DNA of 55,883 nt from an uncultured Brevibacterium sp. (lineage in GTDB: Bacteria; Actinomycetota; Actinomycetes; Actinomycetales; Brevibacteriaceae): the NCBI GenBank assembly GCA_902489215.1, contig CABTZE010000001.1, forward strand, positions 1 through 55,883, given 5' to 3'. Positions 1 to 9,900 of this stretch are shown here, piece after piece. The notes under the pieces were generated by a model. That model ran no database searches, had not been told where the DNA came from, and was given only the letters and a program-made list of their open reading frames with translations. The first letter of the stretch is position 1. Each line of letters starts with the position of its first letter. The position numbers and the translations under genes are program-made.

Positions 1-387
1 ACAGAGTTCCACCGGCAGTTGGGTAAGAGGCCAACCACTGTGAGTGATGCCCCGTCCGCTTTTCAAACCGACGTGACCGCGAGCAACGTGATCACGCAGC
101 AGCGGCGTGGATTTAAAACGTTCGCCATACGCTTCTTCTTCGATTTCCATGCACGCTTGGTAGACGTCCAAACCTGCAATGTCCGCCACTTCAAATGGGC
201 CAAACGCAGCTAGACGGTAGCCGAACGAGTTACGCGAAATCTCGTCAACCACTTGTGGACTGGCAACACCCTCATCCACCAGTTTGAGTGCCTCAGCGAA
301 TAGAGCCTGCTGCAGGCGGTTCGCAACAAAGGCCGGAACATCACTCACAGTGGTTGGCCTCTTACCCAACTGCCGGTGGAACTCTGT
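1..387. repeat. 49-bp perfect inverted duplication (1-49 = reverse complement of 339-387)
   Basis: ACAGAGTTCCACCGGCAGTTGGGTAAGAGGCCAACCACTGTGAGTGATG at 1-49 matches the reverse complement of 339-387 exactly. Confidence 0.95.
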
Positions 388-897
388 CGTAGCTTGGGTG
401 ACTTCTTCGGAAGTATGTTCGCTGGGAATGACTTCCACGCCCGGAATAAGACGTGATGGGTTCATCCAGTGGCAGCCTATGAACCTCTGTGGTCGATCGA
501 CAGCTTCGGCCAGCCTGCTTATCGGCAGAGTTGACGTGTTCGAACCAATGACAGTATCCGCTTCAACGGTCGCGGAAATCCGCGCAAGCGTTGAGTGCTT
601 AAGGGCCAGATCCTCTGGGACAGCCTCAATCACGAATTCAGTACCTGCTAATGATTCCTCGATGGAGATCCCCGCAGTAAGATTTTGGACGACACGCTCC
701 GCTTCGTTGGGGTCAAGCAACCCCTCGCCGGCCCAGTCGTGCGTTTCGTCGATAAGGTCTTGGACCCGACCTTTGGCGGATTCATAGTCGACGTCAATGA
801 GAGTGCATTGCACTCCTGCGCCAGCCATGGTTGCTGCGATTCCGCCTCCCATGTAACCGCCGCCGACAACAGCGGCGCGCGTGATCGATGCGGTCAT
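1..897 (-). CDS. 3-hydroxyacyl-CoA dehydrogenase-family protein (carnitine/L-gulonate 3-dehydrogenase-like), 3' end truncated
   Basis: Absent from the ORF track because it has no stop in the window. ATG at 897 follows GAGGGAG. Translation: MTASITRAAVVGGGYMGGGIA (Rossmann GxGxMG), VIEAVPEDLALK, GSNTSTL, GCHWMNP, AFVANRLQ, GPFEVADIAGLDV, GLKSGRG. Bases 1-49 are foreign (inverted copy of 339-387). Confidence 0.9.
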   Translation of the reverse strand, partial: MTASITRAAVVGGGYMGGGIAATMAGAGVQCTLIDVDYESAKGRVQDLIDETHDWAGEGLLDPNEAERVVQNLTAGISIEESLAGTEFVIEAVPEDLALKHSTLARISATVEADTVIGSNTSTLPISRLAEAVDRPQRFIGCHWMNPSRLIPGVEVIPSEHTSEEVTQATTEFHRQLGKRPTTVSDVPAFVANRLQQALFAEALKLVDEGVASPQVVDEISRNSFGYRLAAFGPFEVADIAGLDVYQACMEIEEEAYGERFKSTPLLRDHVARGHVGLKSGRGITHSGWPLTQLPVELC

Positions 898-948
898 CTT
901 TGACTCCCTCGCGCTGTGGCACCGTAGCTCACCTGCAGTCGGTTGAGT

Positions 949-962
949 TTGAACGGTTTCAA
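949..962. promoter_or_regulatory. candidate LacI-type operator
   Basis: Imperfect palindrome TTGAACGGTTTCAA in the divergent region between the dehydrogenase and the LacI gene. Confidence 0.35.
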
Positions 963-1083
963 TCAGTGTTGCTAATGGCTTTGCTACGCCAGCATAGCGA
1001 TGTAACTTAACGCTACTTAATGGTTTCGCTAGGTACTACATTCATTGCAAATCTCATGTTGGGGAACACGAGGAGGTGGCCCA

Positions 1084-2163
1084 ATGGAGGGAAACCTTGC
1101 AGGCAAGGCAAGTGGTCCAGTTGCCGCCCGGACCTCGGCCGCAAGCATTGCGCGAGAACTGGGTGTCTCCACTGCTGCTGTGTCCTACGCACTTAACGGG
1201 AAGCCCGGAGTATCTGACAATACGCGCCGTGACATCCTCAAGCTTGCTCGCGCCCGCGGTATACGTTCTCGCATAAGTGGGCCGGCAGGTTCCACGAGTA
1301 CGCGAGTAATTGCGCTGGTTGTGCCTAACCTGACTAATCCCATGTTCCAGTACTGGGCCAACGAAATCCTCCTGGTTGCAGCATCAGAAGACTTCGAGGT
1401 GCTGTTGGTCGCTACAGAAGACAAGCCGGCACGCCTAGATGCAATAGCGCGGACGCTGGTTAACCGGGATATCCAGGGCGCAGTCATTCTTGCTACCCAT
1501 CGGACCGACGCATCGGCTCTTCTGACACTGCGCGAAGCGCGGATCCCATTCACATTCTTATCGCGCAGGTCAGAATATGTTTCGGCCGATTTTGTGGGCA
1601 TAGACGACTACGCTGCTGCCCGCCAGATCGCCGAGCATGTGCTGGGTCACGGGGTGAAGAATCCAGCCACTGTTGTGGGCCCGCGATTCAGCACAGCGTC
1701 TGCACAGCGAGAAAAGGGAATGGTTGACGCGCTCCAAAGTGCCGGCCTGCAGGTCTTACCTGAGCAGAGAATCGCTACAGACCTCGCCCGTGACGGTGGG
1801 CATCGAGCGGTCAAACATCTCTTGAGCCTCCCTGCCCGACCAGACGCCATTCTGTGTGGCAGCGACGAAATCAGTTTGGGTGTTATGGAGGCGCTTTCAG
1901 AACACGGGATCGAAACCGGAAAAGACATTGTTGTCACGGGATTTGACGGTCTGCAGCACACGACATCGCCGCTTATTGGGCTGACCACAATCGTTCAGCC
2001 GCTAAAGGAAATCGGAGCCACTGCGGCTAGACATCTATTCCATCGTCTGCGCTCAGGACCACAGGACGAGCATCGGTCGGTGATCGTCCCACACACGCTG
2101 CACGTCGGCCGCACCTGTGGCTGCGGGGCAGTTGGAAAAACAGCTGCTGGAAAGGACACATGA
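1084..2163 (+). CDS. LacI-family transcriptional regulator
   Basis: HTH IARELGVSTAAVSYALNGKPGVS, sugar-binding fold with GFDG and LTTIVQP. ATG follows a GAGGAGG RBS. Confidence 0.93.
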   Translation: MEGNLAGKASGPVAARTSAASIARELGVSTAAVSYALNGKPGVSDNTRRDILKLARARGIRSRISGPAGSTSTRVIALVVPNLTNPMFQYWANEILLVAASEDFEVLLVATEDKPARLDAIARTLVNRDIQGAVILATHRTDASALLTLREARIPFTFLSRRSEYVSADFVGIDDYAAARQIAEHVLGHGVKNPATVVGPRFSTASAQREKGMVDALQSAGLQVLPEQRIATDLARDGGHRAVKHLLSLPARPDAILCGSDEISLGVMEALSEHGIETGKDIVVTGFDGLQHTTSPLIGLTTIVQPLKEIGATAARHLFHRLRSGPQDEHRSVIVPHTLHVGRTCGCGAVGKTAAGKDT

Positions 2164-2164
2164 T

Positions 2165-2923
2165 ATGAGCCAACGAACTGCTCTCGTTACTGCGGGTGCG
2201 GCTGGTATCGGTCGCGCGATTGCGTCTCGCCTTGCCGAGGACGGTTTTGCCGTTATCGTCACTGACGTTTCGAAAGACGCAGTCGAAGAAGCCAATAGCG
2301 CAGGCCTGCATGCTCACAGAGCGGATGCATCGTCCGCTGAGGATGCCCAAGCGATCGCAGAATTCATTCAAGCCGAGTTCGGTCAGCTTGACGTCCTCGT
2401 CAACAATGCAGGTATCGCCGGCCCCACTGCACGTGTAGAAGACATTGATCTGGACGACTGGAATAAGACGTTGAACATCAACCTCACATCCCAGTTCCTC
2501 CACGTCAAAACGCTTCTGCCGTTGCTGCGCAAAGCAGACCGCGGCCGTATCATCAACCTGTCTTCCGCGGCGGGTGTGCTCGGAATGTATGGACGGTCTG
2601 TCTACTCAGCATCAAAGTCCGCACTTTTCGGTTTTACCAAGTCATTGGCGATTGAACTGGGGCCTGAAGGCATTACGGTGAACGCCATCTGTCCAGGAGC
2701 AGTCGGTGGCCCCCGAATTGAATCGGTTATTGCGGCAAAGGCCGAGATCCTCGGTGAACCAACAGAAAGCGTTGCGGCGGACTACCGCGGTCAAAGCACA
2801 TTGGGAGAATTCATAGATCCCGCATCTGTCGCTGGAATGGTCAGTTTCCTTGCAGGATCAGACGGAAAACAGATCAATGGCCAAGCACTTTCTGTTGACG
2901 GATTCACTCAAAAGCTTTTTTGA
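2165..2923 (+). CDS. short-chain dehydrogenase/reductase (SDR)
   Basis: TAGAAGIG, NNAGIAG, catalytic YSASK, VNAICPG. Confidence 0.93.
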   Translation: MSQRTALVTAGAAGIGRAIASRLAEDGFAVIVTDVSKDAVEEANSAGLHAHRADASSAEDAQAIAEFIQAEFGQLDVLVNNAGIAGPTARVEDIDLDDWNKTLNINLTSQFLHVKTLLPLLRKADRGRIINLSSAAGVLGMYGRSVYSASKSALFGFTKSLAIELGPEGITVNAICPGAVGGPRIESVIAAKAEILGEPTESVAADYRGQSTLGEFIDPASVAGMVSFLAGSDGKQINGQALSVDGFTQKLF

Positions 2924-2961
2924 AACATAACTACATAAACTCGTATCAGGAGAGACCCACC

Positions 2962-3894
2962 ATGGCACGCAAGCGCAAGATCATTATCACCTGTGCTGTA
3001 ACAGGATCTATTCACACGCCGAGCATGTCCCCTTATTTGCCGGCGACTTCGGACGAAATATCCGATGCTTCTATCCAAGCAGCGCAGGCAGGAGCGTCAA
3101 TCGTTCATCTACATGCGCGGAAGCCCGAAGACGGCCGGCCCTCCCAGGATCCCGAAGACTTCGCGCCGATGATCGAGAAGATCAATGCATCGACGGATGC
3201 GGTGATCAATCTGACCAGTGGCGGATCCCCGCACATGAGCGTCGAAGAGCGGATGCAACCCGCAATGACTTTTGCGCCGGAACTGGCGTCACTCAACATG
3301 GGTTCGATGAATTTCGGCCTTTTCCCGATGCTGAGGCGCTTTACAGAGTTCGAGCACGATTGGGAACGCCAGCACTTGGAAAACAGTCGCGACCTGATCT
3401 TTAAGAATACATACTCAGATATCGAAACGATTCTCACGCGTGGCAGCGAAAACGGTACGAAGTTCGAATTCGAGTGTTATGACACATCGCACCTATATAA
3501 CCTTAAGCACTTCGTTGATGAAGGCCTGACGCCGGAACGTCCGTTTGTCCAGACCGTGCTAGGGCTGTTGGGCGGCATGGGTGCGTCGGCAGACAACTTG
3601 CTGACGATGCGACGCATCGCCAACGAACTTCTGGGCTCTGACTATGAGTGGTCGGTTCTGGGTGCAGGTCGCCACCAAATGACGTTGGGCGCAGTATCGC
3701 TTGCAGTCGGCGGGCACATTCGCGTGGGTCTCGAAGATTCGCTCTGGATTGGTGCCGGTCAGCTCGCCAAGTCCAATGCCGAGCAGGTGGCGCGCGCCGT
3801 GCAGCTTGTAGAAGCTCTTGGCCTTGAAGTTGCAACTCCAGATGAGGCTCGCGAAATCCTAGACCTCAAAGGCAGGGAGCACATCACAATCTGA
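2962..3894 (+). CDS. beta-keto acid cleavage enzyme (BKACE / 3-keto-5-aminohexanoate cleavage family, DUF849)
   Basis: IITCAVTGSIHTPSMSPYLP, Zn-binding HLHAR, SLNMGSMNFG, EFECYD, RVGLED, ATPDEAR. Confidence 0.93.
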   Translation: MARKRKIIITCAVTGSIHTPSMSPYLPATSDEISDASIQAAQAGASIVHLHARKPEDGRPSQDPEDFAPMIEKINASTDAVINLTSGGSPHMSVEERMQPAMTFAPELASLNMGSMNFGLFPMLRRFTEFEHDWERQHLENSRDLIFKNTYSDIETILTRGSENGTKFEFECYDTSHLYNLKHFVDEGLTPERPFVQTVLGLLGGMGASADNLLTMRRIANELLGSDYEWSVLGAGRHQMTLGAVSLAVGGHIRVGLEDSLWIGAGQLAKSNAEQVARAVQLVEALGLEVATPDEAREILDLKGREHITI

Positions 3895-3897
3895 CAT

Positions 3898-3921
3898 CCA
3901 CATCACAACGAAGTGATGTGG
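3898..3921 (+). other. intra-operon stem-loop upstream of dctP
   Basis: CCACATCAC-AACGAA-GTGATGTGG, 9-bp stem. Confidence 0.4.
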
Positions 3922-3948
3922 GCAGGCAACTAGGAAGGTTGACTTGTT

Positions 3949-4983
3949 ATGCGAGGGTGGAAAAAACTCAAAACCGTCGCTGTTGTTGCAGTCGCCAGTT
4001 TAGTTCTATCAGCATGTGGCGCAATTACGTCAAAAGATGAGAACTATGAGGGGACAATAAACTTCAGCTTGGCGCTCGGGCAAGATTCCTACCATCACAA
4101 GGGTGGTATAGCGTTCGCCGAGAAGCTCTCAGAGCTTACTGATGGGCGCATTAAAGTGAAGTTCTACTTCAACAACGCTCTTGGCGGTGAACGTGAAGTG
4201 GTAGAAGGCATGTCTATCAATTCTATTCAGATGGGAATGGCGTCGACGGGCCCAATGGGCGGTTTCGTGCCTTCTTTCATGCTTTTCGATATGCCCTACC
4301 TGTTTGAGGACCTAGACCATGTCTACAGCGTTCTTGATGGCGAGATCGGGGAAGAACTGGCAGACGAATTTTTGGAAACAGCGAACGTCCGGATTCTGTC
4401 TTGGACTGAAAATGGGTTCCGCTACGAAACCAACTCCAAGAAGCCAATCAAAACTCCTAACGATCTCAAGGGTATTAAGCACCGGACGCAGGAAAGTGCT
4501 GCGCAGATTCAGACATGGTCTGCTCTTGGCACAGATGCAATACCGATGGCGTGGCCTGAGGTATACACGGCCCTGCAGCAGGGTGTTATTGACAGCCAGG
4601 AGAATCCGATTGCAACTATCGCGGATGTCCGGTTCTTTGAAGTGCAGAAATATATTGCCATGACGCAGCACGTGTATTCTCCAGCCCCCATCATGATCTC
4701 GGAGAAGTACTTCCAGTCATTCTCATCAGCTGACCAGAAGGCAATTATGGCGGCGGGAGAATACGCTACTGGTATGCAGCGTGCAGCTAGTGCTGTGGCT
4801 GAAAAGAAAGCGCTGCAAATGCTGTTGGACAACGGTATGGAGAAGACTGAGATCGACCGGGACGCGTTTGTCGATGCGACCGAGCTTGTGCGGGAAGCAT
4901 GGAAGAACAGGATTCCGCGGAATCTCGTGGAGCGGGTCACAGCTCAGGCTTCCAGCACTCAGTCGCGGGAGGCGGACAAATGA
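3949..4983 (+). CDS. dctP: TRAP transporter substrate-binding lipoprotein
   Basis: Lipobox VLSAC, LGGEREVVEG, ENGFRY, DLKGIKHR, EVYTALQQGVIDSQENP. Confidence 0.93.
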   Translation: MRGWKKLKTVAVVAVASLVLSACGAITSKDENYEGTINFSLALGQDSYHHKGGIAFAEKLSELTDGRIKVKFYFNNALGGEREVVEGMSINSIQMGMASTGPMGGFVPSFMLFDMPYLFEDLDHVYSVLDGEIGEELADEFLETANVRILSWTENGFRYETNSKKPIKTPNDLKGIKHRTQESAAQIQTWSALGTDAIPMAWPEVYTALQQGVIDSQENPIATIADVRFFEVQKYIAMTQHVYSPAPIMISEKYFQSFSSADQKAIMAAGEYATGMQRAASAVAEKKALQMLLDNGMEKTEIDRDAFVDATELVREAWKNRIPRNLVERVTAQASSTQSREADK

Positions 4984-5615
4984 AAAAGTTCATGGAGCAG
5001 TACAGGCTCTTGGTTGATTGGCTGAACGTTTTCATCCGCTGGTTTTTGGCCGGTCTCCTGCTGGTTATGACGGCACTGATCGGCTGGCAGGTCTTCGCGC
5101 GGTTCGTAGTGGGCGACTCTCTGACCTTTTCGGAAGAGGTTTCGCGTTTCGTGATGGTGTGGCTGGTGATTGTTGGCGCAGCGTATGCCGCGAAGAGCGG
5201 CCGTCTGATGAAGGTCGATCTTGTTGAACATCTGTTGAGCGGTCGTGCGAAGACCACAGTCATGATGGTCGCTGGAGCCCTGTCGATCGCTTTCTACCTG
5301 GTGCTGGTCGTTTTCGGATTCTTCATTGTCAACGCGGTGTCGTATCAGGCGACCCCAGCGACCGAGGTCAGTATGAGTATTCCCATGGCTGCCGTGCCAG
5401 TGGGTGCACTGCTTTTGATCATCAACACGCTGTATCAGATGTTCGGTGTGGCACTGGGGGTTGAGGAGGAGTCCGAAGTGGAAGCCATCGTGGCCGAAAC
5501 CGAGGCTGATATTGACCCTCAGCGCACGCGCTTGGGCGAAGTCGAAGATGCAGCACGCTCAGAAGCTTCACCAAGCTCGAACGCCTCCCGTGCACGAAAA
5601 GGGGGTGACCGGTGA
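4980..5615 (+). CDS. dctQ: TRAP transporter small permease
   Basis: Four TM segments, QVFARF, SEEVSRF; ATGA overlap with dctP. Confidence 0.9.
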   Translation: MKKFMEQYRLLVDWLNVFIRWFLAGLLLVMTALIGWQVFARFVVGDSLTFSEEVSRFVMVWLVIVGAAYAAKSGRLMKVDLVEHLLSGRAKTTVMMVAGALSIAFYLVLVVFGFFIVNAVSYQATPATEVSMSIPMAAVPVGALLLIINTLYQMFGVALGVEEESEVEAIVAETEADIDPQRTRLGEVEDAARSEASPSSNASRARKGGDR

Positions 5616-6886
5616 TGGCCATCCTCATTATCTGTGCGGTTATTCTGCTGATTATTGGTGCGCCAATTGCGGTTGCTATTGCGGGGTCCACTGCGGTGGC
5701 GGTGGGAACGACTGGAATCTTCGGTCTGGAAGTTGTTCCTCAGCAGATGTTCATTGCGCTCAATTCATTCCCACTCATGGCGATCCCGTTCTTCATTTTG
5801 GCGGGTCACCTGATGCAAGTTGGCGGTATATCTGAGCGTCTTATCGACTTCGGCAGCGCAATTATCGGGCACCTGACCGGGGGCCTTGCGATGGCAGCTG
5901 TGTTGACGTCGATGTTCTTCGCAGCAATTTCCGGTTCAGGAGCCGCTACTGTTGCTGCTATTGGCTCCCTCCCCCTTCCCGCCATGCTCGCCCGCGGGTA
6001 CGGGCGCGGTTTTATGGCGGTGAACCAGGCGGTGTCGGGCGCATTGGGCGTGATCATCCCTCCGAGTATCCCGCTGATTCTGTTTGCTGTTGCGGCAAAC
6101 GAATCAGCCGGCGACATGTTTTTGGCCGGCATCCTGCCAGGTGTCCTCATGACGATGACGCTGCTGCTTATGGCGTACTTCTATTCGCGTAAACGCGGTT
6201 ACAGCGGAGTGAAGAAAGCTACGGGCGGGGAACTTGCAGGGGCTTTCCGCAGGTCAATCTTGGCTTTGCTAATGCCTGTGATCGTTCTGGGCGGTATCTA
6301 TGGCGGTGTGTTCACACCAACGGAAGCAGCTGTGGTCGCTGTTTTGTACGCGCTTCTTGTAGGGGCTTTGTACAGGCAGTTCACGTTCAAAAAGCTTGCC
6401 GATGCGTTCGCTGACTCTGCCGTGACTTCGGCGATCGTGATGATCGTCATTGCTGCGGCAGGCCTGTTTGCCTTCTTCATCAATGTGCTCGGTTTCCCGG
6501 ATCGCGTCCAGGGCTTTATGCAGTCGATCAACCTGGGAGTCATCGGCTTCCTAATCCTTGTCAACATCATTCTGCTTATTGCGGGCATGTTCATCGAGGC
6601 GGCTGCTGCGATCCTGATCTTCGTTCCGATCCTGATGCCTATGGCGGTCAGCCTGGGGATTGATCCGGTGCACTTCGGCATGATCATGGTGGTGAACCTG
6701 TCGGTGGGCATGGTGACTCCGCCGGTTGGCCTTAACTTGTTTGTGGCTTCTGATTTGGCGAAGATTTCGCTGACTTCTCTGTCGAAGGCAGTTATTCCGT
6801 TTATTTTGGTGCTGCTTATCAGCATCGCCATTGTGTCGGCAGCTCCGCAGCTGTCGTTGTGGTTGCCGAGCTTGATGTCCGGATAG
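5612..6886 (+). CDS. dctM: TRAP transporter large permease
   Basis: AIPFFILAG, FAAISGS, IIPPSIP, FTPTEAA, GIDPVHFG, TPPVG. Confidence 0.95.
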   Translation: MMAILIICAVILLIIGAPIAVAIAGSTAVAVGTTGIFGLEVVPQQMFIALNSFPLMAIPFFILAGHLMQVGGISERLIDFGSAIIGHLTGGLAMAAVLTSMFFAAISGSGAATVAAIGSLPLPAMLARGYGRGFMAVNQAVSGALGVIIPPSIPLILFAVAANESAGDMFLAGILPGVLMTMTLLLMAYFYSRKRGYSGVKKATGGELAGAFRRSILALLMPVIVLGGIYGGVFTPTEAAVVAVLYALLVGALYRQFTFKKLADAFADSAVTSAIVMIVIAAAGLFAFFINVLGFPDRVQGFMQSINLGVIGFLILVNIILLIAGMFIEAAAAILIFVPILMPMAVSLGIDPVHFGMIMVVNLSVGMVTPPVGLNLFVASDLAKISLTSLSKAVIPFILVLLISIAIVSAAPQLSLWLPSLMSG

Positions 6887-6930
6887 TTCATCGCTCGGTA
6901 CCGCAAAGCACGAGGTGCCGCCTGCTGATA

Positions 6931-6979
6931 CGTGCAAAAACTCGGCCGAAAACTGCGGTTTCGGCCGAGTTTTTGCACG
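6931..6979. terminator. bidirectional hairpin between convergent dctM and putA
   Basis: 21-bp perfect stem CGTGCAAAAACTCGGCCGAAA / TTTCGGCCGAGTTTTTGCACG. Confidence 0.75.
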
Positions 6980-6995
6980 CCAGAGCAGAGTTCGC

Positions 6996-9900
6996 TTACG
7001 CCGTCCGGCCTAGGCGTTCAGCTAGGCGGTGGAAGCCCGGGTCGGGGTCGCCAAAGCGGTGCAGCGTCATCGAGATTGCCTGTTCGTGCAGGTAGTAGCG
7101 GCCTTCGATGCGGCCCGAGGCGGTCACCGGTTCATCGAGCACGGCCACTTCCGGCCGGTCGACAAGGGCTTCGAGCACTTCGGGTTCCGCCGCACCGATG
7201 CTGCGCACGCGGGCTGCTCCGTTGACCAGAAGCTGGCCATCGGACAGACGCTTGCCAAACTCCGCGGCCGATTCAAGGGCGACGCCGGCGCCGCTGCCGT
7301 TCGCGCTTCCGCCAGCGTCCACCCCAGAACCAGCGGCCGCAACCGCTGCCGCGCGGACAGACCCTTCAGCATCAGCGGCAACACTCCAGGTCAGGGGCGC
7401 ACCCAGACGCTGAGCAGCTTCGGCTACGCGCGTGATTTCCACAGGCTTTGCCGCAGCAGTCACGCGCACGGTCACCGCCGTCGGCAGGTAGCGGAAGATG
7501 TTCGCCTCCGATTCGAAACCGTCCGAGTCGCGGGCAATGCCGAACTCGCGGCGAATGGCTTCGTCATCAGAGCGGCGGGCGCGTTCAAGCCAATCGCGTT
7601 CATCACGCGTTGCCGCAGTGCCCGAAACCGAACCACCCGCAACACCCGCAGGGTTCGCGACTTTCGGTGCCTCCACCTCGTCAGCCAGAGCAGCCGAACC
7701 AGGCCTGTCCGCCCAGGTGCCCATCATGTGGACGTAGTTGGGGCCGCCGGCCTTGGAGCCCAGCCCGACCGACGACTTCTTCCAGCCGCCGAAGCTCTGA
7801 CGGCGCACAATCGCGCCCGTGATTCCGCGGTTGACGTACAGGTTTCCGGCCTGCACGCGGCCGAGCCATTCGTCGACTTCGCGCGGATCGAGCGAGTGAA
7901 TACCGGCGGTCAGACCGTACTCGACGGCGTTCTGTAGGCGGATGGCTTCGTCAAGATCGCGCGCGTGCATGAGCCCGAGCACCGGTCCGAAGCACTCCGT
8001 CATGTGGAAGAACGACCCCGGCTGCACGCCAGTCCGGATACCCGGACGCCATAGCGGACCGGGCATACCCGGTGCCCGCTGGTCCGAATCTGACGAGGTG
8101 CCGCCGGCTCCCACCTGCTTCTCACCAGGGGAAATGTCTCCGGTTGGGATGCCGGGTGCCGCAGCGAGCAGTTTCGGTTTGATGAGCCATTCTTCGCCGA
8201 CTTCCAGGCGAGTCAGCCCGCGCTGGAGCTTGTCACTCGGGGCTCCCGTCAGCGGTCCGACTGTGGAGGCCAGGTTGAGCGGGGAGTCCACGATGAGAGA
8301 TTCTGTCGCGTCGACCAGCTGGCTCAGGAAACGCTGTGATTCGTACATTGAGCCCACAAGAATGCCGAGCGATGCGGCCGAACACTTCTGTCCCGCGTGT
8401 CCGAATGCTGAGTTCACGAGGTCGGCCACGGCGAGGTCGCGGTCGGCTGACGGAGTGATGATCATGGCGTTCTTGCCGCTGGTTTCGGCGTTGACCGCCA
8501 GGGAAGGTCGGAACGAACGGAAAAGCGCGGCTGTGTCAGAGGCTCCTGTCAGGATGACCCTGTCAACGTCCGGATGGCTGATGAGCGCCTTGCCGGTTTC
8601 GCTCTCAATCGGCGGCACCAGCTGCAGGACGTTGCGCGGGATGCCGGCTTGCCACAGCGTTTCGACGATCATCCGCGAACATTCGGGCGTCATGCCCGAA
8701 GGCTTGTGGATGACGGCTGAACCTGCGGCGAGTGCTGCCACGGTCGATCCCGTTGGGATTGCTACGGGGAAGTTCCACGGAGGTGTAATGACAGTTACTT
8801 GATCAGGTGTGAACTGCACGCCGTCGCGGGTTTCGATTTCTTCGATCTCGAGGGCCTGGTCGGCGTAGTAGCGGATGAAGTCGATGGCTTCGGACAGTTC
8901 GGGGTCGGACTGGGCGAGTGTTTTGCCCGCTTCGGCCGCTGCGACTGCGAGGAATTCTCCGCGTCGCTGTGCGAACAGTTCGGCTGCCCGCTGGAAGTAG
9001 GGTAGGCGGCCGCGTGCGCCGAGTGCTGCCCAATCGGCGGCTGCCTGCTTGGCGGTCTGGACGGTGGCGTCGACGTCGAAGTCGTCCGAGGTTCGCGGGC
9101 TGATGTCGATGCGCTCTGCAGCCGCGATCACCTGCCTGGACCATTCCTGGTTGGCAGGCAGGGCTGGGTCGGTGTTCGGTTCGTTTGCGAAGCCGCGGAC
9201 GGGGGCCGCTGCGGGGGAGCCGGGGCTGGCGGCTGGTGCGGCTTCGGTGCCTTCGCTCGAGGTGCCTGTGCTCGAGGTGCCCTCGGGGCTGGCCGCGGGT
9301 GTTTCCGCACCGCTGTTCGCACCAGCCGCGCTTTCCTCACCTGCCCCGGTACCCGCGCTCTCAGCCGAGGTGTCGGGCTGGGTGGTGAGCGGCGCCTCGT
9401 GCAGCCGGTTCTGCGTGCGGTTGGGGCCGGGAGGTGTGTCGCCTTCGCGGGCGAGCACGGTTTCGAGGTCACTCAGCGAGGCCAGGAAGCGGGTGCGTTC
9501 GCGCTGGAAGATCGGCCCGCCGTCTGTCAGGTCGAAAATGCCGGACATGAAGTTTTCGTTTGCGGCGTTTTCTTCCAGGCGGCGCACCAGGTACGAGATC
9601 GCGACGTCGAACTGTTCGGGTGCGACGGCCGGAACGTACAGGAGGACGTCACCGACGTCGGCTGCGACCTGCTCGGACTGTTCTTCGGCCATGCCGTGCA
9701 GCATTTCGAATTCGACGCGGTCGTCAACGCCGCGCCGCTTCGACAGGTGGTGGGCAAAGGCGATGTCGAACAGGTTGTGCCCAGCGATACCCAGGCGGAG
9801 TCCCTTCATGTTCTCCGGGCTCAGCAGCCAGTGGAGGACTCGCTTGTAGTTGGCGTCGGTGGCCTGCTTGGAGGGGTTGACGGTCAGGGGCCATTCGGCG

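Noticed and set aside
19..213. 64-aa ORF at the window start
   Set aside because: Created by the inverted 49-bp copy joined to antisense sequence of the dehydrogenase.
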